A stretch of DNA of 63,977 nt, counting the filler, from Sphacelaria rigidula (taxonomy: Eukaryota): the NCBI GenBank assembly GCA_964200075.2. It is 3 parts of 3 records of this genome, joined end to end, with 100 filler letters (N's around TTAATTAATTAA, not from the genome) between each part and the next. Parts side by side here need not be neighbours in the genome. Positions count along the whole stretch, not along the records: positions 43,808 to 63,977 come from CAXNAA020000560.1; 2 more parts are not named here. The stretch is one strand, 5' to 3'. The position numbers and the translations under genes are program-made. The stretch's first letter is position 1, and every line of letters begins with the position of its first letter. A model generated the notes under the pieces. It made no database searches, had not been told where the DNA came from, and saw only the letters and a list, made by a program, of their open reading frames with translations. Positions 59,200-63,977 of the stretch are shown here, piece after piece.

Positions 59200-61530
59200 C
59201 CAGCTACATCCTCAATAAACGTGACAAATTCCTCGGCAGGGGGTGCATAGCGCATTGCTCTGGGCATGAAAAAGATGCAGAATTTCGTATCGAACGCACC
59301 TGGTACACAAGGCCCCTGAACTCTGTGCGAAAGTAAAATTTTCCCAACTTCCTTCGTTGCAGCCACATCCGCCTCTTCTCTCGACTATTGGTTTCGAAGG
59401 GCCAATCGTCAGGGATACCTCTACTTGGCACCAACTCGGAGTAACCGTCATCGTATACTGCAAATATACACATGCAGACGTCAGGGAAAAATGAGTGTCG
59501 ACACAGTCACGTTTGATGTTTTTGATTCTTCCCGCGGAGCAGGGAAGAGCTTGCGAACGCAGCGGACCAGTTGCAATCTCCAAAGTATAGTCAGCCTTTC
59601 CTTTCGTGGACGGTGATCGTGTGCGCAATGTTTCAACTTTCGGCGCATGCCATCGACCACTTCCTCTGCTCCGTCCGAAATAGTTTGAACATCGCAAACT
59701 ACCGTGTGATCTACAACCTCACCATCCTCCATCTATTTGGGCAGTCCTGTCCGGTGTTTTTGGTGGGCAACAAGTTGGAATTGGCGCTGTACTGCACCGT
59801 GGTGTACGCATGTCGAGATTCGCGTCCTACTTGCAGCGTACAGTACAGCATATTATATCACGACACCCCTAAAACGCGAGAGCTTCTCTCCCGCGTGTAC
59901 AAGAGGCTTCATTGTGCGGTCCTGGGGCATGATGTTCAGCATTTGTGTTGTCACGTACTAATGTTCACGACTTCAACGGAACAGCCCGCTCTCGAGTACC
60001 CACCATCATGGTGATCACTCTCGCCGCCAATTCCCGCAGGTCGTGGGTCTCCTGTCTCACAAGACCCAGACAGCGAAGCCTGCGAGGTGGACGAAGCCGC
60101 TTGAGTCCAAGGCGACGACACGACCAACGCGCTACGCTCGGCGGGTGCTGCAGTACAGTTCTTATTGGCGGAAGTTCGCCGTACATGAGGTGCCCGAGGG
60201 ACTGTAGGGACAGTTTGCCAAGGCCAAACACCTGCCGCAACAGTGAAGCGGCGTCGCCTCGCGAGAAGTTGATTATTGCGGCTGCTCTCCATGATACTTG
60301 GAGTTCAGTGCACGATGTTGCGCTGGGAAATAATGGGAAGCGTCGAAAGAGTGTCCAAGTTTGAATTTCGGCCGTTTCAAGACAAGCCACCTGCTCACTC
60401 TTGCGCAGGACAGCATGCCCGGGCGACGATCATGCATGATCGAGTGCGAAGAAAATTAGTATTACTGGCAGCACAAACTTGCGGGTTAAATGGACTATTC
60501 GGCGACACTCTCGGTCTGTTTCGGATGTACATGAACAGGCCTATCTTGTACGCACGATCGATGAAGACCCGATCCTGAAGATCGAACCGTGGCCATGCCA
60601 CGCAGTTGCTTCAAGTCATGATACAATATTGTCAAGATGCCGACGTAAGCAGGATTTAATAAAGTACTCTAGTGTACTTTCTGCTTTTCAAAATAGGATA
60701 CATTTTACACAACTAGCCACCAGAGGATATAGTGCCCATAAAAAACATAATATTTTTATGATAATACTTGTTTGGGCGGGCGAGTCCGTACGGCATGATC
60801 ACGGGTCTGATTGATGAAGGCAATATGAAGGATATCATAAAACAGAGGACCATGAGACCGAGCGTAGTAGAGCAGGGAAAAGCTGAACAAGCGTGAAGGA
60901 GATGGAAGAGGTGTAGAGGAACAGCAAAGTGTACAGGTGAATAGGCTCATTGCTCTCCTGGGTAAGTCTAATGTTGGTTTTGATGTAAATTTCAAGCAGT
61001 GGTGTCCCCTTGCTCATGTTGACCGATTTAAAAAAAATGCAACAGCTGTTGTCCAGTTTGAATTTCACCAGTCGAGCAGCCCGGTGTTCTTCGTTTGTTG
61101 GTATCATCCGTTATTGCGCAGTAGCCAGATGAGATTGGCATAACTGCTGATGCTATCATAATCTTGCTAGTCAGCAAGGATCTGCAATGTGTCCCACGCT
61201 TGATGTTTCAGACAAATGTAGCTCTACAGTCCGCAATACAAACAATTTTTGCTCGTCTCTAATTGCTGAAAAGTGGCAGTTTGAATTTCAGGGGCGGCTT
61301 TGATAATGACAGATTTGACAAGCGGTAATGATGTGAACGACACGAGCGCTGTGAAAACTGTGAGTTGTGTCTCAGTTAGACTAGGCAAGATGGCAGTAGT
61401 ATTGCTTTGTCCACATCGCATATGAACAAGTCTAGATTTTTCACGTTGCCCCAGCACACTGAGAAAGACGCGCACTGGTCGTCTGCCTTTGCTGCTTTTT
61501 TTACCTTTGGAATCCTTCATCGTGCTCACT
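59200..61530 (-). mobile_element. Degenerate hAT (DUF659-type) transposase relic followed by Tudor-like repeats
   Basis: Fragments in the expected order on the minus strand: FTSLPLVKSVIIKAAPEIQTATFQQL, SGYCAITDD, CIFFKSVNMS (cf. FLKSVD), RAYKIGLFMYIRN, DLRELAARVITMMVGTRER (hAT dimerisation-like), then RCVRKLFP...FAVYDDGYSE. Confidence 0.6.
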
Positions 61531-62658
61531 TAGTCATGCTGTTGCACGAGGTCACCGTTCGCGTCAAGGCATTGAGGCATCTACCTCAGCAGTTTTTTCA
61601 TGAGGAGAAAGAGAGAGCATCACTATTGTCCAAGGCTGCAGGCTCTCCGTCAGGTATATACTAGTGCGCTTCTTTCTATGCATATGCTGAGCGATTGATC
61701 GACATGGCACTGTCAGTTCCATGTACAAATTTTGTACCCTCAGTATGACCAGTACAGTAAGTAACGGTTATGACGGCAATATCTCGGAACAATTTTGAAA
61801 TCTTCATGCTGAAGCCATGTCTTGTCGGGACAGAAGCATCAATTTGCCAAACATCAAACATCATTATGATATTTACAACCTGACCTTGATCTCGGCAACA
61901 TTGCTCTCCCCGCCCCCCCCAAGCAGAAAGCCAAAAAGTCGCTGTGAGCTCACGAACAGTTTGCTCTTGAAAGGGGAACATGACCTCAGCAACCGCAGGG
62001 GCGCATCCAAATATGCGACACACCCCTACGTAACCGTCATGAAGCTGAGAGCCCCACCACACTACAAAGCTAAACAAACAAACATGCTATAGCTCGAACC
62101 CTAGCTGCTTATCGGCTAGGTACGATGAGCTTGGTTTTTGGTCGACTCTACTCGAAATTGAACGCAGGAGGCCAGGAGGCCACCTTTCCTCCCCAGTTCT
62201 TATATTTCCGCAAAACCAATACTGCGATATACTCGTACAGTATAGATCAGCAAGGGCTAGAGTTAAGGCTAGAGAATGCGTGCGTGCGGCGGGTGTTTGG
62301 GGTCATTTCGAAGTTCGGTGTGTAGATGAGAGATACTGTACTGGAATAATGGCCACCGCAAGAAATTTCGCATCTTCGCACTTCTCCGCAGATCTGGAAT
62401 ACAGCGAATCTGGCAAGACTCAAACGTGGTAATCGTTGGCGCACAACCTGTTTGCAAAGGGATTTTGCAAAGTGCCTTTTATCGTCCCAATAGGACAGAC
62501 CCTGAATTTTGATCGCGCTCGTGTACGTGCGGCACGGGAGACTGAATATAAACGTTCTCGTTTGGTTTTGCAGCCGAGGCCCTGCGGTATATTTTGATAG
62601 ACTACACAAAACGGGTCACGCCTGACGTCCTGTCATACGGTTAACTTCTTACCTATAC

Positions 62659-63682
62659 CTAGGGCATAGCAAGACAGCGTCCAGCCGTCGGAGATGCCTG
62701 AGAGCGCAGGCGAGCCTTGTGGAGGATACGCGGGAGACCGGCAACTCGGTTTGGGGCAAGGGGGTGAGGTCTCGTGAAGCTACGTGGCTGAAGGGGACCG
62801 ACACGCTGGCGTGGAGGCTTCCGGAGGCTCAGTTCAAGCAGGTCAAGGCCTACACCCCCGTCTGCAAGGTGAGATTGACATAACCTTGAAGGTATAAGTA
62901 CTGGCGTGGAGGGGTAAAATACCTCTACTGCAGTTATTTTTGGAAAGAGATACGATGCACCGGCCAAGGACTGTCTTGATTGCCTTTAGCATTGGAGAAG
63001 TGATGGAAATGATTAATTGCAGGAGTGAAGTGCGTCATCCATACCTGTGTGAGACTGCCGTGACCGCCGAAAAAGTAGATATCTGTTCGGGAGGATTGGG
63101 GACATGTGCGTATACGGGGCGGTTTTTCCCCGCCACCCTAAGAAACACGAACGTGAGACGAAATGTGTCTGTGTTCTACCCGACATAGTCGCCCGTGCCA
63201 ACGTGTTCGCAGAGAACGAAGCTGTATAGTTCACGAGCCATACCGTCAAATATCAGGTGACGCGTAAGCCATCACTACTATCACCAGGATATTTTCTGAT
63301 CGCTTGTGGGTGTAGGTGCTCTCGTCGACAGCACTTATGGTGTTGATGAGTTTGTCGACATGACTGTGTCTCCCTCCTCTCCAACGTGTTGATCGGTTTC
63401 AAAAGCTTTTTTGGCATACCAGCTTTACGCAAAGCACAACCCGCGGCAGAAATCCTGCACTACTTCCAATAGAGTGAGAAAACTGTAAGATGCACATGTT
63501 TACAACAAGCAATGCACGATGCGACCACTGGTTGTGTATATGTTTACATCTATCCTCTACCACGCTGTGCTGGTTTTTATTGCCTTTGCACTCTCTATCG
63601 TGACTCACCTGCCATGGTGACCGGTTTTTCCCGCCTGCTTGATAGTATCCGTCCTATCGTGTTCGAGGCTTGAAGCCTAGTC
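62659..63682 (-). CDS. Candidate exons of an unidentified gene (possibly the TTLL 5' end)
   Basis: tttcag|63682-63609|gtgagt contains an ATG (63615). A phase-compatible acceptor at 62861 gives MADGGVGLDLLELSLRKPPRQ... No homology recognised, and the frame stops at 62659. Confidence 0.2.
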
Positions 63683-63862
63683 CTGAAAAACAGCCCTCCG
63701 AGTTGGGGGGGGGGAAGTATCATCTGTCAATGCGTCTCCTCCTGATACTTGTAAGTGGCTTGCCGTGAAATCCAATGATGTGTTGCGGCCAACGGATGAG
63801 TATATGTGAATTTAAACGTCGAAAACAAGACTAGAATGGACATGAGGTGATACTGTACGGTC

Positions 63863-63945
63863 GCCCCGTTGGCTCAGCTGGTAACTTCGATACCCTCTGA
63901 CGGTTGGGTCGTGGGTTCAATTCTCGGAGCGATCTGGGTTTTTTT
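63863..63945 (+). mobile_element. tRNA-derived SINE-like head
   Basis: A-box-like tggctcagctgg and B-box-like ggttcaattct at tRNA-like spacing, followed by a T-run. Stems do not form a proper tRNA. Confidence 0.55.
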
Positions 63946-63977
63946 CTCACACCATGCCCAACAGTGGAGAGCGACTA

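Overview
Eukaryotic nuclear DNA, most likely from a brown alga (Phaeophyceae-type; inferred from long introns, repeat families and the gene set). Two 100-bp N..TTAATTAATTAA..N spacers (21806-21905, 43708-43807) split the window into three segments whose real adjacency is unproven. Segment 1 carries eight phase-consistent exons from the 3' part of a CFAP65/CCDC108-like ciliary gene (+). Its introns include a 9.5-kb one filled with decayed, intronless, closely packed ORF relics (possibly an endogenous viral element or large-transposon cargo), an RTE-LINE fragment and a possible KDZ-transposase relic. Segment 2 carries at least 18 exons of a greatly expanded SCAPER homolog (+, about 2350 aa visible, truncated by the gaps). 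Segment 3 carries a TTLL9/TTLL1-like tubulin polyglutamylase (-) with Glu at the Gln/Arg elongase/initiase switch position and a long acidic insertion. It also holds MITEs/foldback elements, tRNA-derived SINE-like heads and a decayed hAT transposase followed by two Tudor-like repeats. All protein identifications come from manual splicing and recalled family motifs, not database searches.
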